64,000 nucleotides of DNA. It comes from Octopus vulgaris. Lineage: Eukaryota. This document shows positions 1 to 12,605 of the stretch, one piece after another (position 1 is the first letter of the stretch; each line of letters begins with the position of its first letter). The position numbers and the translations under genes are program-made. The notes under the pieces are model-generated. The model was not told where the DNA came from and searched no databases. It saw nothing but the letters and a program-made list of their open reading frames with translations. Location of the stretch: contig OX597814.1 of NCBI GenBank assembly GCA_951406725.2, positions 203,298,001 to 203,362,000 of the forward strand. Direction: 5' to 3'.

Positions 1-513
1 TTTCATGACTGAGAAGGGAAAACATACAGTGATAATAAAAAAACTAGAATGAGTGGAATTAGGGAGCAGGAATGAGTAGAAACAGACTGATTGGGATGGA
101 AGGATAGGAATGAGAATGTAATGGATAGTAATAGGGGTAAGAGTGAGCACTAAGTGACCAAGTGAGGGGGGAGAAGTATTGATGGGCTAATAGTAGAGTG
201 TATGAGGTATGCAGGTTTGATGTGATCCCTTATACATGTGTCTTGGAATGTGTGAGAGAGCTAAGATGTTAAGGATAGCAGAAGGTGAGAGTTACATGTT
301 GAAGAGATGAGAAGGTTTGACGGGTCCTCTAACATTTCTAGTTACACTGCAAGCATGGTACTGTGGGGAGGAGAGATCTACTACCTTCTTTAGTCACACA
401 AACAACATAGTACAGAGAGTGATGGAGATGAGCAGTGGAAGGTGAGTGATTGGGGATGTTAGATGAAGAAGCAGAAGATGTAGGCTTGACAGTCTACATA
501 CATATATGCATAC

Positions 514-902
514 CAGGCACGTGCCATCAGTAATTACTCGGTAGGCAGTTTATGTAGTAAAACACGCATAAAAATAAGCAAAACACAGGTGTGCAACTGA
601 GTTTGAGGCAGAATTACTTCTGCCTTTATAGCACGTAAAGAAAACGTTGTTGTTGGAATGTACGCATCATGTGTACTACAGCAGTACTATGCATAGTTTT
701 ACTACTGAGACTGAATGGCAGGGGCAGATTATGCCTACCTAATCTACAAAAAAATAAAATATTTTGTATTTTATGCATAGTAACAAGAGTAACCTTCATA
801 ATTTTGCTGAATAAGGTGCATATTCTGCCATAAAAGGAAAATGTAACTATCGATCTTATTTTATTCAGGGTAGGCAGTGCCTACCCAGGCGGCATGTCCC
901 TG
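514..902. mobile_element. Non-autonomous hAT-like DNA transposon (MITE)
   Basis: Imperfect TIRs CAGGCACGTGCC (514) and GGCATGTCCCTG (ends 902), with a perfect 8-bp TSD ATGCATAC at 506-513 and 903-910. An internal ~67-bp segment (786-852) recurs at ~15927-15994. Confidence 0.8.
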
Positions 903-1352
903 ATGCATACATATATTTCATCATCATCATTTAATGTCCATTTTCCATTCTGGCATCAGTTGGATGGTTTGACAGAGGCTGGTGAGCCAGAGGACTGTGC
1001 CATACTTCAATGTCTGCTTTAGCTTCGTTTTTGTGTCTGGATGCCCTTCTAAATGTCAACCACTTTACAGAGTGTACTGGGTGTGTTTTTTTATGTGGCT
1101 CCAGCACTAGAGAGGTTACTAAGTAACTTACTAGGGAAGACACCCCAAATGAGATGGGGTGTAGTGTTGAAAAGAAGTGGCTTTGTGCCAGATGAGGAGA
1201 AGTTAGTTTGATAATGATGAAATTATTGCATATACTGCTCAGGTGCACTATAACTCGTCAAAGGTGCATGTACAGTACATAGAATTATGTACAAAAGTGA
1301 ACAGTGTATGGAGTCATGATATACATGTGTGCATGCATATGGAGGCAGGATA

Positions 1353-1550
1353 TCAGGTGTAGTGTTGGTGAATTTCAGGAAGCATGGAGGTTTTAAAGGA
1401 CGCAATGTCTCGGCAACTAACAGCTGATGCAGGTAGTTTGTTCCATGCTTCAACAACTCTGAGTGTGAAAAAATGTTTCCTAAAGTCATGGGAGCTGTGC
1501 TGTTTTCTGACTTCATGGGCATACCCACGAGTGTTAGACACACGGAGCTC
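1353..1550 (-). mobile_element. CR1-like LINE ORF2 3' end fragment
   Basis: Translation TRGYAHEVRKQ..DFRKHFFTLRVVEAWNKLPASAV..IASFK matches the CR1-type C-terminal pattern TRGH..K..RK.FFS.RVV..WN.LP..VV....FK. Confidence 0.75.
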
Positions 1551-2289
1551 AAGGTGGTTGTTGGTGCGTTGGTTAATAAGTTTCATAAGGAGGACAGGAA
1601 CAGGTGTCATGCTGTGGGGGAAATACGTGGTTCTTCCAGTCAGAAGATGGTGGTGAAGTCAGGGTGTACCTAAGAGTTACAGGAAGGTAAACTGAATATA
1701 AATGGTATGGGTGAGTAAGTTAGTTTGTAGAGGTGAGTGGAGGCTAGGATCTTTTGTGAATATCTGTTGGAGGTTATAGGAGTGGGTCAGGTAGATAATA
1801 GGTGAGTGTGATGCACAGAGCTTGGGGCAAAGTCAGAAGTAACGGGAAGGGAAGAAGGCCACTGGCAAAATGTGGGTTTGTACAGAAAAAGGATAGGTGA
1901 AAATGGTGTTCAGTATAATAAGGAGGTAAGGGAAGATATGAGGGCACATTTAGCTGGAAGTGGTCTCAATCACAGGAACTGAATGGACAGTCCTGTAATT
2001 AGAAGTGGGATGAACAGGTGGGTGTTAGGAAAATGTGTGAGGGATGGGTGATAGGAAGATTGGTTGGAGTGAAGGAAGGTTTGTCTTGGTTATAGTGGGG
2101 CAGGGGCATCTCTGATTTTAGCACTTGATTCATCGTGCCTACATGAACTGGTGCTTTTCTCCTGCACTGCATATCGCCATTCAACACAGTCCTTTGCCGT
2201 CTCTGTGAGACAACTATTTCAGATTGGTTTTCTTCCTTTGGTCCATACCTTTCTCAGTCTCCATATTCCACAGATTCTGTTCACTTTGA

Positions 2290-3130
2290 GCACGTGGTTC
2301 TTATTTATATAGACGTACTTCTCCGTACCCCCATCACATACCTGTTCCAAGGCAGTTTTCTCTCATTGTCCTCTTTCCTTCAGATACAAACACGCTCTCA
2401 TATTTCTCCCCTCTCGCTGTTCTCCGTAGTTTATTTTTTCTGTCGTTTATTCCTAGTTTCAAGGGAACTAACTCTTTATCGACTCCGACAGTTTTTGTCT
2501 TGTCATAAGAGAAGCCGCTACGATTACGTCCCTTGTATCTGTAACACGCAAATACGAGTACTACTGCTAACGTTCTTGAATTTTTTATTTTTTTTTATGT
2601 ATGGGAAAGAAAACGGACAACGATTTTAATCCGATGATTTTGACCATCGTTTAGTAAAGTAGTCAATGCATTTTAGATGGGTGAAATCACGTGGTTCCAG
2701 GTTTTGCAACACTGTGCAAGTGTCTTCTTTCATAGGACAGAGGCGCTAAATGTGGGCGAACAGTAATTAGCTCTGAAGTTGCCAGTATTTTGATCAAAAT
2801 AATATTTTTAATTTTTATAGTAGGTTATATTTATCAATGTCACACAGAGGTACATAAAACGCAGTGGAATGAAATTAAACGACAAACAGTGGATGTGAAA
2901 GGGGAAGTATGAAAATATCGAGTAAGTAGCTTATCAACTGCTGGAGCAGCAGGTACTTTGATAAAAATAAACTGCAAATTATTGTCATTGCCAAACAAAC
3001 AAACAAAAACACGGTGAATGGTGGCGAAAGTACACGCGTACGCAGGCACACTCGCGCGCGCGCATGCAAAGACACAGACACGCAAACCATGTAAGTTCTG
3101 ATGGCGTCAAATGTCAGACAACGAAAGGTG
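2290..3130. promoter_or_regulatory. CpG-retaining island, candidate promoter or first exon
   Basis: Many intact CpGs in a CpG-depleted window, GCGCGCGCGCATGC (NRF1-like) at ~3054-3067, GATGGCG (YY1-like) at ~3100, and GTAAGT at 3091. Confidence 0.35.
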
Positions 3131-3429
3131 GAGAATAAAACTGTTATGACAGTTTATAACTTTTGTTTGTTGTTGTTGTTTTTCCCCATTCTGTGTTCAC
3201 TCATTTATTTCAATAAATTTGATAATTGTTTAATTTTTTTTTAATTAAATAAACGGTAAAAAGAACTCTGTTTAAAGGATATCTCACTTGATTCAGTGTA
3301 CAAGCTGTTGACATTCAGATCGGAGGACATTCAACCCCAGTAGCAAAACATATTACTGGTCGTTGTACAAAAACATTGTTTCAAGCAGAAGTAAGAAAAT
3401 ACTTAGATATTTAATTTTACACACACATA

Positions 3430-3800
3430 GGCGCAGGAGTGGCTGTGTGGTAAGTAGCTTGCTTACCAACCACATAGTTCCAGGTTCAGTCCCACTGCGT
3501 GTCACCTTGGGTAAGTGTCTTCTACTTTAGCCTCGGGCCGACCAAAGCCTTGTGAGTGGATTTGGTAGACGGTAACCGAAAGAACCCCGTACATATATGT
3601 TTGTGTATCTCTTTTTGACCCCTACGGCCCTATCACTTGACAACCGATGTTGGTGTGTTTACGTCCCCATAACTTGATTCAGCAAAAGAGACCAATAGAA
3701 TAAGTACTAGGCTTACAAAGATTAAGTCCTGGGGTCGATTTATTCGACTAAAGGCGGTGCTCCAGCATGGCCACAGTCAAATGACAAACAAATAAAAGAG
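3430..3800 (+). mobile_element. tRNA-derived SINE, family A
   Basis: Head GGCGCAGGAGTGGCTGTGTGGTAAG..GGTTCAGTCCC with A/B-box-like motifs, an internal microsatellite and a TAAAAGAG tail. Many similar copies occur in the window. Confidence 0.85.
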
Positions 3801-4427
3801 TATATATATAATGCGAACGATAATATTTTCAACGAAGCTGTTACAAGCATATCTAATTAGGATAAAACAATGCGGAATCAGCACTTGAAAAGAGAAGGGG
3901 ATTAGCCAGAGGAAGACAGAGAAAATGAAGATCTAATTTCAGTGAAAAACAATTAGAAGCTTAGCAAAAAGCTGGTCGTGGGAAATGAGTGGGAAAAAAA
4001 GAGCTCAAGCCAGACACGAAAATGAAAATGAAGAGTAGGCAATTGATAGGAAAGATACTTAGGAGGTAGAGGAAACAGGAATACTGAAATTGTGAAGATG
4101 AAAATCGGGACAACAGCAGGAGGTAACATAATGCCGAAAGACTGAGAGCCACTTGACATGAAGAACATGCTACAGAAAAAGTTTAGAATTCGCCATACAA
4201 TGAGGGAAACACTGAACAACATTATTGTAGAGATATGAATTTTCTGTGTCAGTTTTGCGTGGCCAAACATTTTCTATCTGAACGACCTTCTGACTGCTAC
4301 TTCTTTAATTGTTGCCATAAAGGAAAATTGCTCTCTTCTATTCAAAGAGAATTTTCAGAGTGCTTGACATCCCTGTCAGATCCCAATAATCCTCATTATC
4401 GTAATTTCAAAGAAAATATCTGGTTAT

Positions 4428-4817
4428 GTGGAGGCGCAATGGCCCAGTGGTTAGGGCAGCGGACTCGCGGTCATAGGATCGCAGTTTCGATTCCCAGACC
4501 GGGCGTTGTGAGTGTTTATTGAGCGAAAACACTTAAAAGCTCCACGAGGCTCCGGCAGGGGATGGTGGTGATCCCTGCTATACTCTTTCACCACAACTTT
4601 CTCTCACTCTTACTTCCTATTTCTGTTGTACCTGTATTTCAAAGGGCCGGCCTTGTCACTCTCTGTGTCACGCTGAATATCCCCGAGAACTACGTTGAGG
4701 TTACACGTGTCTGTGGAGTGCTCAACCACTTACACGTTAATTTCACGAGCAGGCTGTTCCACTGATTCGGATCAACCGGAACCCTCATCGTCGTAACCGA
4801 CGGAGTGCTAAAAGAAG
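4428..4817 (+). mobile_element. tRNA-derived SINE with intact TSD
   Basis: A-box TGGCCCAGTGG and B-box-like GTTTCGATTCC. A 10-bp TSD ATCTGGTTAT lies at 4418-4427 and 4818-4827. The copy is CpG-rich, suggesting it is young. Confidence 0.85.
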
Positions 4818-4980
4818 ATCTGGTTATATAACTCGGCTTTGTCCTTTGCATTCATGGATGCATATTTGACAGAATCTCCTGGAAGAGGCCTATATTGCTT
4901 CAGAGTTCATGGAGAAGTGTACCACAGAACATCACTTATGCATCCTGCTTGATGGTCAACAAAATCAGTTTACTCAACTA

Positions 4981-6202
4981 TTAGGTTGTCTGGAAAGTTC
5001 TGAGCATTTTTTAATATGCAAAACGGGATATAAATAATTGACCTTTTTTTAATAAATTCTATTCAAGGAAATAATTTCCATTATTATTAATGACCTTTGC
5101 CCATCTATCGGGCAATTTAAATATTCAACCAGCATAAAATTTGGTTTTGAAGAAAAAAAGTTATTTAGATGCATTTTAACTTGTTAAATGTTTTTCCTTG
5201 AAATGAGTTCTGTAGAGACAAAAGCAAGTGGTAGTTGTATGGTACAATATTAGGAGAATATGGTGGATGTGGTAAAAGATACCAGCCAAGTTCATGTAAC
5301 TTTGTTTGGGTAGCCAAAGACACATGTGGGTGGGGAATTGTCTTGTAGGAACACTACCCCTTTCCTGTTGGCAATCTCTAGCCTCAATTCTTTGATTTTT
5401 GGTTCAAATTAGCCAACTGACAACAGTACTCATCAGAATTAATGATTTTGTGGGAGAAGCTCATAATAAATAATGCCTTTATAATCCAACCAAACACAAA
5501 GCATAGCTTTTTTGGCATGGATATTCATCTTTGGTTGCAGTTTTAAGGGATCCTTACACAAACTACAGGATTTTTTCACACTACATTTTCATCTCCAGTC
5601 ACTAGTTGTTTCAAAAAAGCCATGCTTTAATTCCATTTCAAAAGCATATCACAAACAGAATACCGATCCAAGAAATTTTTTTCTGAGAGTTTGTGAGGGA
5701 CCCATACACTATAGCGAGAAATGTATCCTAGCTTCACTAGGTGTTCATGAGCCATATTTTTAGAAACCTCCAACTCCTGTGCAAGTTCTCCAGTCATGAT
5801 ATTTGAGTTTTCTTCAATTTTTACCTTCAAAACATCCAATTTTGAAGGCCTTCCACTGCAACTGTCATCTTCCAAGCTAAACTCTCCAGCTTTAAATTTT
5901 GCAGACCATCTTTGAACAGTTGATTCACCTACAGCATCATCATCACCACAAACTTCAGAAATGTTTTTGCGAGTCTTTGCAGCATTTTCTCCTTTTTTAA
6001 AAAAGAAAAATATTACAATGCAAATATGAAATTTTTGGTTATCCATTTCAAATGTCAATAAAGGTAAATCTATTTTTAGTCAGGAATAAGGAAGAGATGC
6101 ACTACTACTTCAAGAAACACCAAACTTTCAACTGTGTTACATTTCAGGTGTGTTCAATGAAGATTTAGCTTAAAAACACTCAGAACTTTCCAGACAACCT
6201 AA
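4981..6202 (-). mobile_element. Full-length but defective mariner transposon
   Basis: TIRs TTAGGTTGTCTGGAAAGTTCTGAG and CTCAGAACTTTCCAGACAACCTAA with TA TSD on both sides. ORF 5627-6058 encodes the HTH region and WVPHKL; an HPPYSP motif lies near 5250-5275; the frame is broken downstream. Confidence 0.92.
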
Positions 6203-6699
6203 TATATCTAATTGATGTTGCAGAAGCTCATAATGGCAATATTGGACACAATTATATGTAAAAATCAACATCTATGCAGTTACCTTTAAAATTAAAGAAG
6301 TTGAAACTGAAGAAGAACATGTATGCCAAGAAGGAAGGCCTATGCCTATAGTAAATATAGCTTTTAACAGAGACAGAAAGGAGGAGAAGATATAGCTTAC
6401 CAACTGTGGATGAAATTTCTATGGTTTTTAGAAATTCAAATTGAGAGCCTCCATTCAATTGAGATTTTCAACATTTTTAGTCCAAATTTGGACCCAGTAA
6501 CATATATTTTGTTTTTCCCTTTCATTGAACCAGGATCACAACTACAGATAGTAGGAAATGTGCACTGAATATTTGTTGCCAAATAAGGCTTCATTCACAG
6601 CTGTTAGAGATAATAAGTTCAATCCAGTTCTTCCAGAAATAGGCAGTAGACTCATAAAAAAAGTAAACATTTGATGCCAATAAACCAATAAGGTATAAT

Positions 6700-7880
6700 A
6701 AAATCATAGAGGTTGTCAGGGTATGCGATAGAGTGCTTAAGCTCAGACTAGTCCTGCAGAATAGTATAGCTACAATTATCTCTGCCTACCCCCCACAAGC
6801 GGGCCTACCAAACGATCAGAAGGACCACTTTTATGACACCCTTCTACAAGCTACCTCAAAGACAAGGTGGCAATGACCTCATCTTCGCGGCTGGAGATTT
6901 TAATGGGCATGCCGAACAGCAATCTGGTATCTTCCATGGTGTTCACAGGGGCCATGGAATTGGTTCCCGAAACAAAGAGGGAACTAGGCTACTGGAGTTC
7001 TGTGATGCATGCAACCTATCAATCTACAACACTAACTTCAAGAAGCCAGACAGCCACCTGATAAACTATCGATCAGGTGACTCTGCTAGCCAGATTGACT
7101 TCATCCTCACCAGGCAGCGGTATGCAAGGTTGCTTTTAAATACAAAGACTCTCCCTGGTGAAGAATGTAGCCCCCAGCATAGACTAGTCATTAGTGACTT
7201 TAGACTTGATGCCAAGAAGCAGACCAATCCAGAAAAGAAGGATTTGGAAGGTAAAGAACCCTTCATATGGTCTGAGATTTAGGGACATCCTCATTGAGAA
7301 ATTTAATGAGAGGGAGGAGGAACTACAGACTTCAGACATAGAGGGCAACTTGAATTTCATACGGGACAGCTTACTGGGTGCCACAGACCAAATCTGCAGC
7401 TGGTTCAAAGTCCCTTCCAGACCTAGAGTAACATGGTGGTGGAATAATATGGTAGCCAAATCGCAAAGAAACAGGCCTGGAAGAGTAGGGGTAGCAGGGA
7501 ACTGTAACAGATAGCCATAAGGGAGGCTGGGCAACAGGTATACATAGCCAAGGGAGAAGCAGGAAAGAAGAAGTTTACCAATGTTCAGCAACATGAGGGC
7601 CAAAGAACTGAGGTATTTCAGATTGCTAGACAGTGTGTGAGAGAAAATTGTGATGTCATAGGAGAGAAATGTGTCCGCATGGATGATGGTGCACTTGCTT
7701 TTAATGATTCGGAAAAGAAAGAGTTTTAGAGAATCATTGCCAAGATGCTTAAAACACCAGGTGGTGTGGGTTATAGCCTAATCACCTGTATTGTAAACCA
7801 GATAGTTCACGAAGGAGTCATGCCCAATGACTGGCATAGCAGCACCATAGTCAACTGCTACAAAGTTAAAGGTGACTCTA
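6700..7880 (+). mobile_element. RTE-clade LINE fragment (AP endonuclease and downstream linker)
   Basis: IISAYPPQ, GDFNGH, G.G.RNKEG.RLLEFC, SQIDFIL and QHRLVISD endonuclease motifs, then TWWWN; frameshifted. Confidence 0.88.
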
Positions 7881-8307
7881 AAACCACATAAAATGTTCAT
7901 ATGCTGGTATCTCTTAGATACCCTAAATTATAATTATATATATATATACATATGTATACATACATATAGAATTCGTCATACTAATTCGTTCTTTGTGCTA
8001 GGCCACTGGTAATAATAATTTATTATTACCCTATTTTATTATGTATACATACATATATATATACATATGTATATATATATATATATATATATACATTGCT
8101 TATTAACAGATGAAGGTGAAGGTTGGAGACAGAAAGCACTTCAAAATGTAGAAAATCTGCTCGGCAAGTTTTATCTGATTCATGTAAGCACAGAAAATGG
8201 AATGTTAAAATGATGATGATGATGATAATGGTGTGCAGCAACATCATGTTCAACCACTTCAAATTTTTTTAGATTTCTTTGATATCACCATTATTAATCC
8301 ATGCTTT

Positions 8308-9320
8308 AAAGCAGTGAGCTGGAAGAATTGCTAGCGTGCCGAGCACAATGCTTAGCAGTATTTTACCCATTGCTACGTTCTGAGTTCAAATGTCACAGAG
8401 GTCAACTTTACCTTTCATCTTTTCAGGGTTGATAAAATAAGTACCAGTCAATGTAATCAACTCATTCCCTCCCCCAAAATTGCAACCCTTGTGGCAAAAT
8501 TTGAAACCATGTTTCGATACTTCACTTTTTTTTTTGTTGTATGTTACATATTTAAAGGGCTTAAGGAGAATGTTCTCCTAAACACCCTAAATGTGTTCCC
8601 CTTCACATCTTTCAGTAAGGCATTGTAATATCAAACTCCCACACAAAGTTATATTTCAAGTTAGCTGTTGATGTTTCAATTAATTTAGCAAAAACTTCCA
8701 CCTTTCTTACATAATATTTTATGTTTGCAAGGCAGTGAACTGGCAGAAACGTTAGCACGCCGGGCAAAATGCGCAGCTGTATTTCGTCTGCCGTTACGTT
8801 CTAAGTTCAAATTCCACCGAGGTCGACTTTGCCTTTCATTCTTTCGGGGTCGATAAATTAAATACCAGTTACGCACTGGGGTCGATGTAATCGACTTAAT
8901 CCGTTTGTCTGTTCTTGTTTGTCCCCTCTGTGTTTAGCCCCTTGTGGGTAGTAAAGAAATAGAAGTAGGTATTTCGCCTGTCTTTACATTCTGAGTTCAA
9001 ATTCCGCCGAGGTCGACTTTGCCTTTCATCCTTTCAGGGTCAATAAATGAAGTACGAATTTCGGGCCTTGTGCCTAGAGTATAAAAAAATATTTTGGTAA
9101 CTCCAAGGTAGCAATCTGGCAGAAACGTCAGCACACTGAACGAAATGCTTAGCAGTATTTCATCTGTCTTTATGTTCTGAGTTCAAATTCCTTCGAATTT
9201 GACTTTGCCTTTCATCCTTTCAGGGTCGATAAATGAAGTACCAGTTGTGTACTGTGGTCAATCTAATCAGCTGGCCTCCTCCCCCAAAACTGCCGGCCTT
9301 GTGCCTAGAGTAGAAAATAT
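8308..9320 (+). mobile_element. Cluster of four tRNA-derived SINE family B copies (~8308-8510, 8728-8962, 8967-9085, 9105-9320)
   Basis: Repeated core GAGTTCAAATTCC..GGTCGACTTTGCCTTTCATCCTTTC.GGGTCGATAAA..AAGTACCAG. Confidence 0.8.
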
Positions 9321-10579
9321 TTTATATTTGCTTTTTCTAATGTATGAATCATTGTTGATAAATCTCAGTTTTCCCAGGGTATCTTCTTACTCTTGTGACA
9401 TGCTGGCCTCACTAAAAAGAGTTTTATAAGAGTAGGTCGTTAATTTAAAAAGTATAATGGAACAGAGTATGAGGGGAGAACAATTATTTACTATATTATA
9501 AACAGTGATATAACTGTTATAATTCTAATCAATTTTTCTACAAGCCAACTGAAGGGACTTTTATGTGGTCACTCAAACTGCAAGAAATAGCAGCCAAATT
9601 TCTATGTTCTGTCTTTTTAGAAATGAAGTTTATTTGGGTTATAGAAATATTATAACTAAAAATAAGATGGGATGGTCATTGCCAGATTGCCTTTTACCAC
9701 AAGTTTACTCAGTCTGAGAGCTAGACAACAAACTGTATAAAATATGATTAAGTAGAATAAGTTCTGGAGTCAATTTGTTCAACTAAAGGTGGTGCTCCAG
9801 CATGGCCACAGTCAAATGACTGAAACAAATAAAAGAAAGCAGAATTATATATATACATGTGCTTGTGTGTTTATATGTGTATATGTATATATATATATAT
9901 ATATATATGTCTGTATGTATACATGTGTGTTTATGTATATATGTATGTATATGTATGTGTATGTATGTACATATATATGTGGATATGTATATGCATGTGT
10001 GTATAAATGTACACACACATATATTCACATGTATTTAAGCACATGGATATAGACCTGACATTTGGTTATAAAGGAAAGGAACAGAGAGTAACTCATTGAA
10101 AATGTTTCAGTTTTATCCAACCGTTACCAAAAATTAGGTTAACAGCCTCAGAAAATGTTTCCCATTAGCAAAAATTGTTTTTTTCTTTTTTAATGGTTAT
10201 ATTTAAATGGCAGTTTGCAGAAAAGAAATCTAGTTGAGAAAATGTCAAATACTACAACTAACAGTAGCATTAAATGTGTGGTTACTCAGCCAACCAAAAA
10301 TAGCAGCCAAATGTCCCACAGTCTAGAAGAAAATAAAAGCATGTATGATAATGTAGTTTTAGTTATATTCTGTGAAAGTATAGTTGTCATATAAAGACTA
10401 TTGTTTGTTAGGATGTTGACCTCAAAATTGTAAACACAGTTTTTGATTCCTGGACTGATTGCACATTGTGACCTTAGGCAAGGTACTTTACATAGTTTTC
10501 TTTACTAGTCCAGTCAGTTATACATATATGTATGTACATTATATATATGTGTGTGTATGTATGTATGTGTGTGTGTGTG

Positions 10580-10914
10580 AGAGCATGATCATTACATAGC
10601 GTCGCCTTACTGGAACATGTGCCGGTGGCATGTGAAAAAAAACATTTGAGTGAGGTCGTTGCCAGTACCAGTGGACTGGCTCCTGCGCAGGTGGTATGTA
10701 AAAACACCATTTGAGTGTAGCTGTTGCCAGTACTGCCTGACTAGCCCTCATGCCAGTGGCATGTAAAGGCACCCACTACACTCAGACTGGTTGGCTGTAG
10801 GAACTCTGCCAGATCAGATTGAAGCCTGGTGCAGCCATCTGATTTGCCAGTCCTCAGTCAAATCGTCCAACCCATGCTAGCATGGAAAGCGGATGTTAAA
10901 CGATGATGATGATG
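10580..10914 (+). mobile_element. RTE LINE 3' UTR-derived repeat (family C) with (GAT)n tail
   Basis: Contains CCAACCCATGCTAGCATGGAAAGCGGA.GTTAAACGATGATGAT and GGTGGCA..TAAAA subrepeats; homologous to 56420-56888. Confidence 0.75.
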
Positions 10915-11765
10915 TATGTATATAAATCACACCCCTAATTTAGTGTTAAACCTTGTTATGAAATTTTTTTCCCTTCATAGTTTAAGCCTTGCCCCATATA
11001 TAAGTTTTACCTCAGTTTTCTCAGTTACATCCAGGATAAAATAGTGCATCTTACACATATATAAATACAGTAATTCATCAGCCACAGAATGGCATCTTAT
11101 AGGCTATTAGAACAAAAATATGCCGCAAATCTAAGATGCGGTCAACAATGCTTGATGGTTATACAGAAGCAATGATAAATTATGTCTGCAGTAAAATTGC
11201 AATACATGCTATAAAACTTTTGATTCTAAGATCTGCATACTAACAGGGCCAGCATTATGTCTGAGGGTGCTAAAACCTTCGTATGGCTGTGTGGTTAAGA
11301 AACTTGCTTTGCAATCACATGGTATCAGGTTCAGTCCCACTTCACAACATCCTGGGCAAGTGTCTTCTACTATAGCCTATGGCCAAACAATGACTAAGTA
11401 AATGAATTTGATAAATGGAAACTGTGTGGAAGCCCATGTGTGTGTGTTTATTCATTTATCACATACCCACCACCACCACTTGACTAATAGTGTTGGTTTG
11501 TTTACATGCTTGTAACATAACAATTCACCAAAAGAGACCCATGGAATAAACACTAGACTTGAAAATAAGTGCTAGGGTCAATTTGTTTGACTAAAACTCT
11601 TCAAGGCAATGCTTCAGCATGGATACAATTCAATGACCGAAACAAATAAGACGCCAGCCCAGCACAATATGGGTTGACGATGAGTTACACAGCATCACTT
11701 TTATGTAAACCAGCCAAGTACTCATTCTCTTCACTCCATGTTGTATAGGTGTAATTGTAGGTTAC

Positions 11766-11920
11766 TGGCTGTGTGGTAAGTAGCTTGCTAACCAACCACA
11801 TGGTTCCCGGTTCAGTCCCACTGCGTGGCATCTTGGGCAAGTGTCTTCTGCTATAGCCCTGGGCTGACCAATGCCTTGTGAGTAGATTTGGTAGACGGAA
11901 ACTGAAAGAAACCTGTCGTA

Positions 11921-11960
<40 letters not shown>

Positions 11961-12208
11961 TATATTTATATATATATGTGTGTGTGTGTGTTTGTGGGTT
12001 TGTGTGTCTGTGTTTGTCCCCCTAGCATTGCTTGACAACCGATGCTGGTGTGTTTACGTCCCCGTCACTTAGCGGTTCGGCAAAAGAGACCGATAGAATA
12101 AGTACTGGGCTTACAAAGAATAAGTCCCGGGGTTGATTTGCTCGACTAAAGGTGCTGCTCCAGCATGGCCACAGTCAAGTGACTGAAACAAGTAAAAGAG
12201 TAAAGAGT
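11766..12208 (+). mobile_element. SINE family A with internal (TA)n/(TG)n
   Basis: High similarity to 3430-3800. An older copy lies at ~11283-11650. Confidence 0.85.
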
Positions 12209-12514
12209 ACACACACAATTTCTCTATAGCTGTATCGTTGTGGCAGGCTGTATTGCTGCTCTATAGCACACTCCAACTACTGTAGATAAATTTTGCTAAT
12301 ATGATAAGACACACAAAAGAACCTTATGCACATGTGTGTGTGTGTGCTTAATTTCTTTTGATATCAGAGTTGTTGAACAAGTATGAGCGAGCATTGGTTG
12401 TAAGTTTTCAACAGACCAATCACTGTTCCACTGTATTTGGAATGGCAGACAAAGAACCTTGGCTTCTCACTGATGTTTACATCTCTTGCCTGTATACACC
12501 AACAGTTTTATATA

Positions 12515-12605
12515 CAGTAATACCTCACTTTATGAGGACCCGCTTTACAAGTTTTTATGAAGGTTCTCAAGGAATGAATTAACTCGTATATAGAAGTATC
12601 TACTG
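12515..12605. mobile_element. Tigger/pogo-like MITE
   Basis: CAGTAATACCTC ... GAAGTATCTACTG imperfect TIRs flanked by TA. Confidence 0.55.

Larger units (their letters stand above)
3830..6660 (+). mobile_element. Degenerate Helitron Rep/helicase N-terminal region, interrupted by a SINE and a mariner
   Basis: Spliced around the inserts it reads MNFLCQFCVAKHF..E....NCCHKGK / NFKENIWLYNSALSFAFM..PGRGLYCFRVHGEVYHR / FTQLYLID / RRYSLPTVDEISMVF..EPPF / SPNLDPVTYILFFP. These are typical Helitron motifs, here with stops and frameshifts. Confidence 0.8.

Noticed and set aside
4430-4505. Possible tRNA gene
   Set aside because: The tRNA-like head continues into a SINE body bounded by a TSD, and I could not build a convincing cloverleaf.
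9783-10052. Tyr/Ile/His/Thr-rich ORFs (also 57357-57615 and 54925-55221)
   Set aside because: They are translations of (TA)n/(TG)n microsatellites.
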